NCBI RefSeq assembly: GCF_037042905.1
Contig: NC_087246.1
Coordinates: 3,348,001 to 3,412,000 of the forward strand
Source of the DNA: Lytechinus pictus
Taxonomy: Eukaryota
Length of the DNA: 64,000 nucleotides
Direction of reading: 5' to 3'
Made by a program: the position numbers and the translations under genes. The notes beneath the pieces were generated by a model that worked only from the letters and a program-made list of their open reading frames with translations, did no database searches and was not told where the DNA came from. Positions 24,954 through 38,200 of the stretch are shown piece after piece (position 1 is the stretch's first letter; each line of letters starts with the position of its first letter).

Positions 24954-25172
24954 CAGTGGCATAATGAGCCAAAAAATTTAGGGGGCTCGATATGGCATAT
25001 CAAGTAAAATGAATAACAAGTTGCACAGCAAGTGAGATTTTTTGTTACAAAAAGTTTGTGATAGATTTTGACATAATATTCAGAAAATAATATCATATAT
25101 ACACACTTATCCCTTTCCTTTTCTTGGTCGTGATTTTTTTTTTTTGGGGGGGGGGGGATTTGTACGCCAGTG
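24954..25172. mobile_element. hAT-like MITE
   Basis: cagtggcataatg ... tacgccagtg; homologous to 6482-6717 in reverse orientation. Confidence 0.6.
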
Positions 25173-26284
25173 CCGCCATGAGTGAAAACACTGGAAACTT
25201 CTGGAGATCATAATTTGCAAAGTTAATTATCATAATTATCTAGTACAAAAACAGGATTTAAATGCAATTTAAATGCAATATAAATAACAATAAATAACAA
25301 AAACTGACTGTCCACATATCAGCTCTGCATACAAAATAAGTACATGTACACTCGATGAAATTACAGAATTTCAAATCAATTTTTTTATTTGTTTGATTCG
25401 CCATGTGATATTCATGAATATTCATAATCCTTTGTTCTTGTCTTGTTAAGTCAAAAGAAAGAAAATCTAGTTATCTACTTTATTATAATGAAGGCCTGGA
25501 ATTAAAGCCTTTAGTTTTGGTAAATACCCCAAAGGTATATGTCACTATTCAATTGCATTACATGCATGTATGTACCAAAAATGTTTTGATATAAACTAAA
25601 AATGTGTATTAATGGATGAATTTACAGATTTTACATCAGAATTTAACTACTGTAGATCCCGTGCCCGATCACAAATAGAACATCTGCATACTTTTGTCGT
25701 GTATAAAACAACTTCTCAAGCAAGGAATGGGCCGAACATAGCTTTCTAATATCCAATTAGTAATATGTAAAGTGCTAAAACTACCATTTTAAATAAAAGT
25801 AAAATCATTACCGAGAGAGGGCACTAGATTTAATTTAAATGATGATGGCTGGGAATATGTCATATTTAAAGGGGAATCCAACCTTTGTCAAAAAATGATG
25901 TGTGAGAGAGAAGAAAAATAGAAAATAAGTAAAAAGAGAATGGTGAAAGTTAGTTTTGAAAGAAATTCGGCAAGCAAAAATAAGTTTTTGCCATTTTAAA
26001 ATTGAGATCCCTAAGACTATGTAAATTTCAAATAGGAACTAGGTTGGTAAATTACGATAAGTGGTAGGAAATTAGGAATAACTTTCTTATAGGCCTTTCA
26101 CTTAATTATCAGTGATTTGAGGGTTTTCTCCTACACCGTAAAATAAGTACCTATTCCAGGCCTACAGTATGTGCAGTAATCAAAATATATCCAAGGCAGC
26201 AATATTGTTTTATGATAAATTCATGTCCTCATGAAAGAAAAAAATTACAATTTTTTTCCAGTAAACTTAAGCAAGTCGTAGATC

Positions 26285-26537
26285 TAAAAGTTGATTCCCC
26301 CAACATGGTCTAAGTTAATTGAAGCTAAATGTCCTTTGACCTTGGTCATGTGGCCTGAAACTCCGGCAGGATGTTCTTTGATACTTGATTACCCTTATAT
26401 ATACATTATAACTTACGATGACATTTCGAAAACTTAACCTTGATTATGATTTTAATGTTGAGGACACCCTTGCCACAACCGTTGCCGTCGGAAAAGGGAT
26501 GCCTATAGTCTCGCTCTGCTATGCAAGCAAGACAAAA
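26285..26537 (-). mobile_element. Partial Helentron-associated element
   Basis: One repeat unit plus gccgtcggaaaagggatgcctatagtctcgctctgctatgcaagcaagacaaaaa terminus. Confidence 0.75.
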
Positions 26538-27060
26538 ATGACATTTCAGCCATGTTATGTATTGGAATAAATAGTGCTTGCCTTACATCACTATTACAAT
26601 GCAGTAAATTTGAAGTGTACATGAGAAGAGCACCTTTTTCATTGAATGTGTGGAGTAGAGCCATTACCAATTTTTACAGTTTTTAAAAATTCATCATTTT
26701 CTTATATTGTTCTTGTTGCTGGATACGGCTCATAAAATTCAGATGTGAATATTTCACCTGCATAATTTACCGTAAATTTTAGATAATTCACCTTAAATTT
26801 TAGATAATTCTTCTGAATATGTTATCAATTCAATAAATTGAGAGTACAGTGCTGCATTATTTTTTGCAAATTTGGGAGAATCACAACAGAATGCTGTCAT
26901 TGATCACTTAACCACTTGAGATGTATCTCCTGGCCAAGCCCGGATCGGTACGTTGATCAGGTTTCTCAGCTACTGCATGATGCGCATGCGTAGCCTTAGG
27001 CCCCCCAATACCAGTCAAGGCAGTGTGATGTCTATTGGCAAAATAACGATCTCCTTCATT

Positions 27061-27440
27061 CATGGGCGGAAATCCCAGGGGGGACAGAGAAGACGTGTCC
27101 CCCCTACTCAAAATAGTAGGGGGATACAATATCCAATGTCCCCCCTACTATTTGTGGTCTTTTATGATGGTAAGAAATACATCATTCAATATCGAAATAA
27201 AACATGTATTTTAGGACGAGATGACCTTACTTTTGGGATAACCTTTTTTTTTTTTTTTGTCAAATTTATTTTCGTCAAAATGATCTTAAATTTGGGGTGA
27301 TAACTTTTTTTTTTGCTTGTCAAATTTATTTTCGTCGAAATGATCTACAATTTGGGGTTATAATCTTTTATCATTTTTTTGCTTGTCAAATTTTCCAATC
27401 CCTTGTCCCCCCTACCTTTTAGGAGAGATTTCCGCCTCTG
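27061..27440. mobile_element. hAT-like MITE
   Basis: catgggcggaaatc ... gatttccgcctctg; 8-bp TSD ccttcatt/ccttcatc (7/8); internal ~60-bp tandem repeats. Confidence 0.85.
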
Positions 27441-28224
27441 CCTTCATCCAAATTTCAAAATATATAAAAATTTGTACAAAATGGGTAATTAAGTTCAAGA
27501 CAATGCAGATATTCTATGTCTTGTGCAGTTATCGGCATTTAGACAATTTTCACATTTCATAATAAGTAATGCTCTTTTCTCAACATTTATCTAAGAGCCA
27601 TCAAACATACATATGCATCCACGGGACAAAAAACATTCAATTATTTCAATTAAAAATATATTTACTTCCTTTAATTATACAAATCTTTGGGTCCTTCTTA
27701 CGAAGGATAGCCTACCAAAGCTTTTTGATACAAATACTCTGATGATGTGGAGAACCCAAGCCTTTTGACAAGGCTCACAATATTATGGCAAGACTTCCAT
27801 ATGTCACTGGGCAATAAAAAAAAACAGCCGAAAAATAAAATGAATTAACTTACGAGAAAAACAACAAATTAATCATCATTTATCATGCCATTTGAGTAGG
27901 CCTACATTCGTAATTTTGTATCATAATTATCGGATCCAAAATTCCACTTTTTATACAGTGGAAGACCTTGGCAAAAAGCTAGCGCTTGCAGCTTCTTCGT
28001 TTGGTTTGGCTGGCAACTAATGGCAACCCGTCAAAAAATTACTATTTTTTTCCTCTTTGATTAAAATTGTGAACTCCAGACATCACATATGCACATACAT
28101 GTAGGCCTAGACATCATGCCATGAGTTTGACTCTCGACGTCGCTACGAAAAGTGGAGACGTCCCCGACTAGCATGACTAGGGCCGGAGTAAACCTTACAA
28201 AACAATGCAGGCCTATGAGGCTGA

Positions 28225-28813
28225 CGCGTTAACCCAGGGAGCTCCGGGCCGCTTAATACTAGGCAGACATGGTAACTCTCCAAAATGGGGTCGCAATATA
28301 GCACTCCAAATAAAAGGGGAAAAAATAAATTATGTACTTACCTCGATTATATGGATGAAGGTCTAATGTGACACTGAATCCCGACATCGAGGCACCAACT
28401 GGACCCTCAAAAAAAGGAAAGGTTAGACCTCCGTGTCGCGTTCGTTCTCAGTATCGATCGGCCATTTTGACTTTGTTTTCAATTTTGAAAAAAGGAGAAC
28501 GAACAAGACAAAACCTTTCCTTTTTTTTAGAGGGTCCATTTTGTGCCTCGAATATGTCACTCACTGCTCAGGATTCTGTGTCAAGTCAAGATTAACATTA
28601 ATATACGATAGACCTTCATCCATATAATCGAGGTAAGTGCATAATTTATTTTTTCCCCTTTTATTTGGGGTGCTATTGCGACCGCATTCTACCCCATTTT
28701 GCATGTTTTGGAGAGTACCCTCTGCCTAATAATAGTCAAAGACAAAGAGACGAGTCCTGGGCTCCGGCCCGCTTCGCGAGCCGGAGCTCCCTGGGCCTGG
28801 GTTAATGTCGCGT
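28225..28813. repeat. Long imperfect inverted repeat between the divergent NFATC2IP-like and ANKFY1 genes
   Basis: Arms ~28225-28449 and 28495-~28813 (weaker similarity may extend to ~28020/28980), 45-bp spacer; 28299-28365 vs 28609-28675 match at 65/67 as reverse complements. Confidence 0.9.
28342..28470 (-). other. Candidate non-coding first exon of the NFATC2IP-like gene
   Basis: GAG|GTAAGT donor (intron starts 28341); YY1-like CAAAATGGC at 28469-28461; the coding exon at 24751 needs an upstream exon. TSS not determinable. Confidence 0.5.
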
Positions 28814-29094
28814 AAGCTTTTGGTTGCTTCATCATGCGCCCATGGGCATGGCAAGTGGCCAAACTTTGTGACTTTGTCTTTGCGTCAAAACTCAAAAGGC
28901 CAACGGAAAAAAATATGATTACCACCTTGCATGTCTGAAGTTAAGATGTTTAATTTTAAAATAAAAATAGTGACCGGTAATGACTTACTTCAAAGTTCAA
29001 TCCACAATGATCCAACTATCCAAGTCTAACAAATATAACTTAAACTTACCCCTAAATCCCAGCCTAACCACACTACAGTTCAAAAGTTAAGGGA

Positions 29095-29242
29095 TTTCCC
29101 CGCGCCTAAACATGAATGCACGGATCGCTGATAAAAATCGTACCGTGCTGCGCGCGCTTATCACTTCCGGTATATATACCGTATATACATACAGCTAGCT
29201 CTAGCCTCTAGCTCTCGCATTTATTGCTTGGATTGGATGATC
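29095..29242 (+). promoter_or_regulatory. CpG-rich proximal promoter / 5' UTR of ANKFY1
   Basis: Local CpG enrichment (cgcgcc, gcgcgcgc) and ETS-type CACTTCCGG at 29162-29170, immediately upstream of ATGGCG. Confidence 0.6.
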
Positions 29243-29252
29243 ATGGCGGAGG
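29243..29252 (+). CDS. ANKFY1: ANKFY1 exon 1 (coding part)
   Basis: ATG GCG GAG G|gtatgg gives MAEE as in the human N-terminus; in-frame upstream ATG at 29237. Confidence 0.8.
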
Positions 29253-32200
29253 GTATGGGCGTATTTTCTTGTTTGTTGTTTCTTGTATTTATTTCTGACT
29301 ATTTTTTTTCTTCAAATGTGAGTTAGGCCTGAGGGTAGGCATCATGGGCATTGTAAATGTTGAGGAACCGTTATTTCTGTTTGTTTTGCAGTTGCAGATG
29401 CATTACTTAGTATCAATGAATCTTATTCATAATCATATTAATCATAACGAGTCGAGCATGTCGAGTGGATCTACCCACTCATTCAATGAACAAGGTTATC
29501 ATGATTCATGGTTATATGGATCTACCAAACTTAGACACAGTCAGTAGATATCTACCGCGTACCGGTACTGTTACAGCTGCAGTGCAAGTAGATCTACTGG
29601 GATGGCAGTAGAAAAGATCTAGATCAGGGGCCTGTTGCATGAAAGGGTCTTTCATACTCGTAGAACCATTCTACGTAAGAACGAGATATCGCTCAACTGT
29701 TTCACAAAGCCGATTTGGGCGATACGAAGAATGGTCCTTGGAGTTGGAAAGACACCTCCAGACATGTCCTACGTAGGCATGATCTTCTTTGGACACCGCC
29801 CGCCACCGTCGGCATTGAGAGAAAATGCGTTTACGGCAAGCCACACTGTCACTGACATCACCTTTAAACAGTTTGGGGGGTCGTTCGATTGCACTCATAT
29901 GCATTTTATCTTGGATGGTGCCAAGTCACGTGGCTGATGGCATCAATTTCAAAACAGAGGTCATTTTTCTCCGGGGTAATCTATAGGCCTGAATAATTTT
30001 TTTTAAATATGCTTTCGTTTATTTCCTCACATTATTTTCTCCCTCTTTCCCCACCCCTTTTCCATTAAAAAAAAAAAAAACTTGAAATATCGAAATGGGC
30101 GGCAACCTCTCTGACCCCCATGTTTCATCATTAGATAAATATTATGAAAAGACTATGGTAAAGTAAACATGTGTTTATAACGTTCAGCAAAAAATTTAAA
30201 AAATGAAATAAAATCAAACACGATACAAAACTGAGATGTTACTAAGCATGCTAAATCATTTCTTTATCTGTTTATAGAAAATTGTTGAATTGGTGTTAAG
30301 GTGATGAATGAAAAAATCTGCCGGTAACAAAATAAATAATTGAATTAAAAATATTAGGCCTAAAGCTTATGAATCCATCACCATCATTACAAATAAAGTT
30401 AAGTTCATTGTACCTATGATGATAGACAGGGTTGTGGAAAGTCCATACGAAAAGGCTCATGTGGTAGATCATATAATGATGTCTCGACTCCTTAACTATG
30501 AAATGTTGAGCATATATCTTTTTCTATATTATTGAAGCCTATGTTATATTAACTTCCATAAAGTTATCAACATAAAACGTTTATGATCATTGTCATTTTA
30601 GCATTGTTTCTGTAAAAAGTATTTTTCCCTGTTGAATTGATTTCACATATTTTTCTATGTTTTATTATTGTAATGCTACTTTACCCACTTGACAAGTTTG
30701 CAGCAAGTTTCATATTTTGATTGTCCTTGGTTACTTAAACTTAATTTTCATGCAAATGTATGTTTATACTCTTAACACTCACATTTGTATTTCTTGCGTT
30801 ATATCTGATGAATAAAATAATTAAATTCGATTTTTCACACGCAGCCTCTCATATTTTCCTTTTTAGTCTCATACAATCAGACACGTTGATTTTGTTTACT
30901 CCATTCAAACCTCATTTTTACATCAACAAATAACATTTAAAGCATAATTTGCAAAATTATCACTTTAGATAAGTACTCTATAAAAATTCAGAATATTGAA
31001 ATAATACAATGCCGAAATTACTTAGTTACTTCAATTTTTATTTTCGGACAAGGGTCTCTTTCGTTGGAATATCAATGAAAGGTGTCCTTACTAAAGGGTA
31101 CCGTGTTCTAGATAGAGGAAATAATGAAAATTTCGATTTTATCCAGGTATGTTTGTGAATCTTCAATTTTTGTTCTCCTTTTACCTCATAAAGTAAGCTC
31201 CATACATCATCTCTACTATCGGTAATAAACAAATTATTTGACCTCCATTAATTGAAATAAATTATTTTATGAAAAGTCGTCATTTCGAAATAAAAGGTTC
31301 AGGTGACGATGACGACTAAATATTTTTCCGATAATATCGATATCAAACGATGTTGCGGACTTGGAAGACAAGATTGCCTTCGTGAAACGGAAAGCGCTGA
31401 TTTGTCGCCAATCTTCCTATCTCGGAAGAATGGTCCTAGGACGTTCCTACGTATCGCTCATCTCGTCGTGCAACAGGCCCCTAGACTACTACTAGTACCG
31501 GTACCGCCGGCTATAAAAAGTAGATCCAACTTGAAATAGCCTGTAGTCGAAGAACCGTGTAGATCTAGATCTTTTTTTAGATCTACTAATTACGCACTCA
31601 CTATTACTAATTAGTATACTAACTAATTAGTATACTAACCTCGCACCATGAACTGCGTTTGGCAGTGGATTTCTAACTAGTGGGTCGCGCGTGCTGGGAT
31701 CCCACTTCTGGTGTCCACAGCACACGACTTTTATGGCTTGATTTTTCTGTGCGCGGCGGCATGTAATAAACCCTTGGGTGCTAAGTACGGTACTATCCAA
31801 ACAAAACTTGTCTTGTTTTTCGGTATAATGCTCGCAATTGTTACCAGGCATTGATTATTATGGCAAATGAACTTGAACAAAATGTAAGATTGATATGACC
31901 TTCTTTTTAGTTCTGAAGATATTCTTAAACGGGACCGGCAAGTGCAGTACACCGGCCGGATAAACACCATGCATGAACACCCTTTTTTTTTCTTTGATGA
32001 ATAGTGTTGGTGCGCATGCCATACTGTAGATCTAGGTTGTGACTCTCTAACACGGGACTAACATATATTTGCGTCCTCTCTGATGGACAGTGTTTTCCAA
32101 CTGCATTCAAACCTACCCTGAATTTCAGGCACACAAGTAGTAGTATACAATGCTAGAGCATCAAATTTTGATAGACGTGTTTCGGATTCGGCTTCAGCAT

Positions 32201-35200
32201 ACGTGGGACCCCACGATATACGATCTTATCCAAAACAGGTGCTCTAACCGACTCAGTACACTGATCTAAAAAAAAAAACAGGCTTTAACGTTAGGCCTAA
32301 CTACAAATATAAATGTGTAAGAAATAAGACCAAAAGCTACAGTCTCTGTACATTGGTTGTTCTGCTGAATTACGTTGGCTCCACAATGGGGATGATAGTA
32401 AAATGTCAGACACAATGGTTATTCCTGTCTAGAAACTTGTTGTAAGTTCCCTGGTCATCACTAATCTGTTAATATTGATCGATGATGTTTGGTACACTGA
32501 GAATAACACTTTATAGGGACTTGAGGATTGTCAAAATGTTATCCCCTTTTGTTAGTTAGTTTTTAGTTCTATTTTAATTTAACTGAGATCAACAACCTTT
32601 ATTGTTTTAGAGAACATCTGGAAGTACTCCCCCCTACAAGGCTACAGCTTTGTTGATGACATGTTTCATCAGGGTTTTTTTCTCTCTCATTCTTTAATGA
32701 TTGAAATAAGATACTATATCATAATAGCAAAACAATAAAATAAGGAAAAAAGGAGGGAAAAAAGTGTCAGAATGGAAAAAAAAATAGTCTCACCTAACAT
32801 ACAGTGTGTGGCAAAAGTAATCACTCATAACTAATTGCCAAATAAAAATAAGGCATGGAATAGAGCCAAATACAATTTTTTACAAATTTTTTAAAATCTT
32901 AAAAAAAAAAATTTATGCATTTCTTTACCAAAAAAAATTGTTGAAAATATATTTACCCTCAACTCAACCATACATAATTACAACACTTTTAAACGTAAAT
33001 CATTTCATCAACTTTAGGTTTCATCTGGACCTATTCCATGTTTTTTCAAATTCATTTATTGTAGATCTACAATCAAATTGTAGAAAAGCCTTGTTCAACT
33101 CTTTCCAAATTCAAACTCTAAAGATTTTATTTTTCTAAAATGACTGGATGTTGAGTAGCTTTATACAATATTATAATCCCATTATCTCTTTATCTTATCA
33201 TCATCCTCTTCCCTTCATGAACGACAAATTTCCCTCATTTTCTTTTTACAATCTCAATTCATTTCCTTATGACTCATTCTTACTACTTCTTTTTATGCTG
33301 TCTCTCCCTCCCTCTCTCTCTTTCAGTTTTCTCATATATGTGTGCGGGTGTGTGTGTTTTTGTGTTTGCATGGTTGTATGGGATTTTCTTTATGTATGAT
33401 TTATTTTATAATGTCAATGCTAATTTCATATATGTTGAGACCCTGCTTACAAGCCATCTCTGCTAATTAAGGGTATCCCCCATTTTCATATTATGTCAGT
33501 AATAATGTATTTACAATTTATGGTGATTTTTAAAGATGGAAAACAAATTTGAAAGGAATTAAAATTGATGATGTGCCAAGAAATTTTAAAAGGCAAGAAG
33601 GCTATATGTGCAAATGTACATAAGTATAGTTTGTGGAGGATTCCAGTCATTTTAAGAGTTTATGAGCACTTTGAACTTAATTTCACCCCCCCCCCCCCAT
33701 ATATCACCCCTTCAAATTATTGTTGTTGAAACTCATCAATTTCCCCTCAGGACCCCTCCACAATATCCATGGGCCCTTCATTCCTCTCCGATCCCCTCAT
33801 AGAGGATAATCCCCATTGTGATGTGATAATCCCATCTGTCAGCTCTTGGTGTGTTCCTAATCATCATCTCCATGTGGGATAAAAACATTTCTAAGTCAGC
33901 TTAATCAGTTTAATCTAATTGTTCCTCTCACAATTATCTAAATCTAAACCATGGCATATTTTAGTCAGAAAGCACTTTTAGAACATTGTTGCTTACGTTA
34001 ATTAGCACCGCTTGTCATAACAAATTTATGCTTTGGGCGAATAACATATTTTTTTGCAACAGACTAGACTGGTTATTTCTGGTGTATTAAACTGTACTCT
34101 TATTGGAACCAGGAATTTTGTTGTCTCAACGCCCTACTTCAATATAATACGTTATGATGTCTAAGAGTGAATTGTATCAAGGCGCTATGGTCTAGTCATT
34201 GGACAGTCGATTACGTGGATGACAAGGATTCAAACTGAAATTGATACATATTATGATACGTCCTGGTCCACAGAGAGGGTAATCCTCTCCATTCCATGAT
34301 CCACTTGCTTTCCTAGCAGTCAGATAATAACAAGGAGTTATCCTCATTACTCACCAAAAATCGGATTGATTTAATTATACCATCAGTGATGTCGTTAGTG
34401 ATCTTAGACTTGTTGGAATCTGTAGTCTCTAGATCTGAAGATCCCTGTTAAGAAACAATTTCAGGATTTGAATTCCCTCTCCAATACTGACTCATTTGAA
34501 AAATCTGTTGTCATGTTGTTGACCATTCTTGCAGAAGCGGAGAAGCTGCAGCGTCATCTGGACCTGTTGCGACAGGAGTATGTGAAGCTGCAGAATCGTC
34601 TAGCAGAGGTAGAACAGAAGTACAATGTTGCCACTGCAGCTAACAGCGGTCGAGGGAAAGGGGAAGAAGGCAATTTTGTGTCAAGACTCCTGCTCACTGT
34701 TGCTGACCTGTTTGATAAGGAGCTATACAGGTATTGAAAGTGTATTTTTGTATTTGCTCTACAATTAATACTTGTCAAATTTCATCAATTTTGATTAATG
34801 CAGATCATATTCTTTGTATAGAGTGGACAATAAAGTGACATGATTTAATGCTGTTCTTGCCATTTCTTAAATGTTATAAGAAACAAGTTAAATTTACTTT
34901 GTGACTCATCTCTGAACTAAGTTTTGTTTGTATGAATTGATAATTTCAAATTAATTTGCACTGTTGCAGAGTACTTACTACATATATCCACTGCAGAAGT
35001 GGTTCCAGTATTTTACATACATGTACAGACATGTTATTTTTTTAGATACCTGCTATAACATTGGAATATTCATAGTCCCTTCAGACATGTTCATTGACAT
35101 TTTCAATACTAGTACATGCTATGTTACATTTATGAATCTATGAACATTATTTTAAATAGTGACCTGGTTGTCCGGTTGGCAGGTCAAGAGGTCAAAGCTC

Positions 35201-38200
35201 ACAAGTTTGTCCTTGCAGCCCGAAGTGACCACTGGGGAGTGCCCAATTTGGCTGAAGTACACAGTATTGATTTTACAGGTATACATGTACATTGCATTTC
35301 TTTTTTTGCAAAATGTTTTTGGTCCATAGAAATTCTTGAGGCAAGTGTTTAACAATCTTTTTGTCTGTATATGCATTATTCTGCCGTGTACATAACTTTA
35401 ATCCATTATATTTGAAAGGGCTTTAAGTATGTATTTTCATATTTTCCAATAGACACTAGTTTTCAACAAAAATATCTTTATCAGAGATACAGTAGGCCTG
35501 TACAGTGAATGCATGTATTCTGTACTATTACATGTAGTTTTTATTTTAGTGCAGTTCATACATGCATGCTGGTTGCATCATAATTGTGATATCACTCACA
35601 TGCTACATGTATAATCCTGAAAGATCAGTTAACCAAAGAATACTTAACACCATAAATTAATCAATGTTCTGTTTACGCAATTTTCCTGGGATTGCACAGC
35701 TTGTACATTACTGAATAATCCTCATTCTTCCCTTCACTTGGGTATTGTAGTTTAAAAAAAATAATTCTTTATATTTTCATATGCGGTGGTGCTGCAGGGA
35801 AACGTAAGTTACTTGACCCACCAGGCCTCTCGTAATAATGAACATTGGTAGCGTATGTTATGAGAAACTCAAATTGGTATTTCTTCATAAATTCATAAAA
35901 ATGTAATTAGATGCATTTTAATTACATAGATGTGTAGGCCCATGAAAACCCAATATTAAATGAAGTTTATACTTTATAGTTAGTCATCATTAACAATGTC
36001 ATTATGCTGCTATGAATTTATATGTTACTATTTCGTAAAGTTGAACTTCAAAGCCAATCCCAAAGTATGGCGACTTATATATCAATTTATAGCAACAAGG
36101 TGTCATTTGTTAATCAAGTATGGGAAAACCCACAATATTGCAAGGGTACGATTCATGTCACGACCATTGTGGTTCATACAATAGGCATGACAGGAAAGCT
36201 CTTGTACTTTCCTTTTCCTAATTCCTTCCTTTAAAGGATGTATAGTTACTAATAGGTGTCACATTGGGATGATATCAATATTCATAATCTTGAAATTTTA
36301 CAACTTTTATCGCATGGTAAAGCCTAAGGTGAGAAAAAGTCTATTAAGTAACCTGTCAGCATATTGTTTTGGGGCTTTGTTTATTACATGTATTAAAAAC
36401 CTGTTGTTTGTACATACAATCAATGGACCTGGTTCTTTTGAACATCCACTAATTTGTAACTACACTGTATACTCTGTTTATATACATGTGTTACTTATAT
36501 CCTCCATTTATCCTCATTATTGTTTACATGCTTACCTCAGTTATACATTTTATCATCATAAACTAAGAAATAATTTCAATGAACATTATTTGTTAATTGT
36601 TCTTCCCTCTCTCTCTCTTTCCTCTTGCTTCTGTAATCTTGCTATCCTTTGTATGTTAAGCTATCTTTATAAATCAACTACCATTGTTTTCTTTTCAGAT
36701 ATTGGTCATGAGGTTGGTATGGACTTGCTGAAGTGGGTTTATACTGATGTGATCACATTGAGACAAGATGATACATTTGTTTTAGATCTTCTTAGAGCAG
36801 CCAGTAGGTTCCATTTAGAACCATTGCAAGACAGGTCAGTTTCTTGATCCGGGCTCCTATATAGGGCCTGTTGTAGTAAGATTTGCAATCAAACTTCAAT
36901 CACAACTTGATTTTCAACCCATTAGAAGCTCATTATTCCTTAATATTTTTTATTTGTGTTTAAAATGCAAATCGTTCTGCAATGGCCCCAGTTCCCTCTA
37001 AACCATTACAAAATTAATGTAAATGAGTTTTGGATTATTATAATGATCAATTCTGAAAAAAGAAGGTGATAACTTTCAAATGGCATATCTCGCTTCCATT
37101 GAGTAATCATACTTTAAAAATAGAATGTTTGTTACCTCATACAGAATTAAACTTTTTGGTCAATATGAATCTTCCACTGAATCTCCCATTTGCAATACAA
37201 CTTCTGTGATGCAAGTTATTTGGCATCTTATATTTATTCTCTTTTGTGTCACCAATATTGCATTGCAAATCAAAAGCTTGGATATGAAGAAAGGAACTCA
37301 ATACAAATGGAAGGAGTCATGAAACCACCCCTAAAGTTGGTATCCTAGTTACGCACTTCATTATTAATGTCAGAGCCTGATAAATACTTCTTGGCTTAAA
37401 AAAAAACTGATCACAATGTTATCTCCAAACGATAAAAGGATTAAGAAAGTTCCCATCATTTTCAGCCCTCCTACTCCATCCCAACACCCATAAAAAATAA
37501 AATAAAAATAAAATATGTTATTTTCCTCCACAGATGTGAGAAGACCCTGATGTCTTCTGTCAATGTTCGGAACTGCATCCGTTACTACCAGGTTGCAGAG
37601 GACATCGGTGCCATGCAACTCAAAGGCTACTGCTCTGAACTCATATCAAGCCATTGGGTAAGCTCTGTTGTAATTGAAATGCACAGAATAGTCATGCCAA
37701 TTCAGGTTTTATACCTTTTGATTGCACAGCCCACTGTCATAAAACCTGTTTATTAAAGCTGCCCATGGGATGCAGAAATAGTGGCAACTGCTGACAGGAT
37801 GGCCTTTATATACAAGTTTTATACTACACATTCTTTTCCAATAGGAGACAAAACTACTTAATTAAAACAGGTTTCCACTAATGACAGGTTTTCGCTAAGA
37901 TTGGGAATTTCTAAATGAATCTCTTGGTGACCTGTTTCCATATTGTTTATTAATGTTCTACGATTCTTTTCCAGAATGATTTCACTAGTGAGGACTTTGG
38001 CAACATGGCTGCTCCTCTTCTGTACAAGATGTTCAAGACCAAGGCCCCATTCCCTCTTCATACGGCTATCAGGAATAGGAGAGAGGATATTGTATTTCTC
38101 TACCTTGTAGAATATGATGCACAGGTAAGAATACTAATCGCTAAATTGTAGAAGCCCTGTGTAAGTGCCAATGAAAATTGTAATATAATAAGGCAGATAT

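Noticed and set aside
29635-31539. Short ORFs inside the Harbinger-like element as transposase or Myb-like genes
   Set aside because: No recognisable DDE or Myb/SANT motifs; short and AT-rich.
36269-36698. Hydrophobic N-terminal extension of ORF 36269-36847, and similar extensions on other ANKFY1 ORFs
   Set aside because: Intronic read-through upstream of clear acceptors; only the spliced parts resemble rabankyrin-5.
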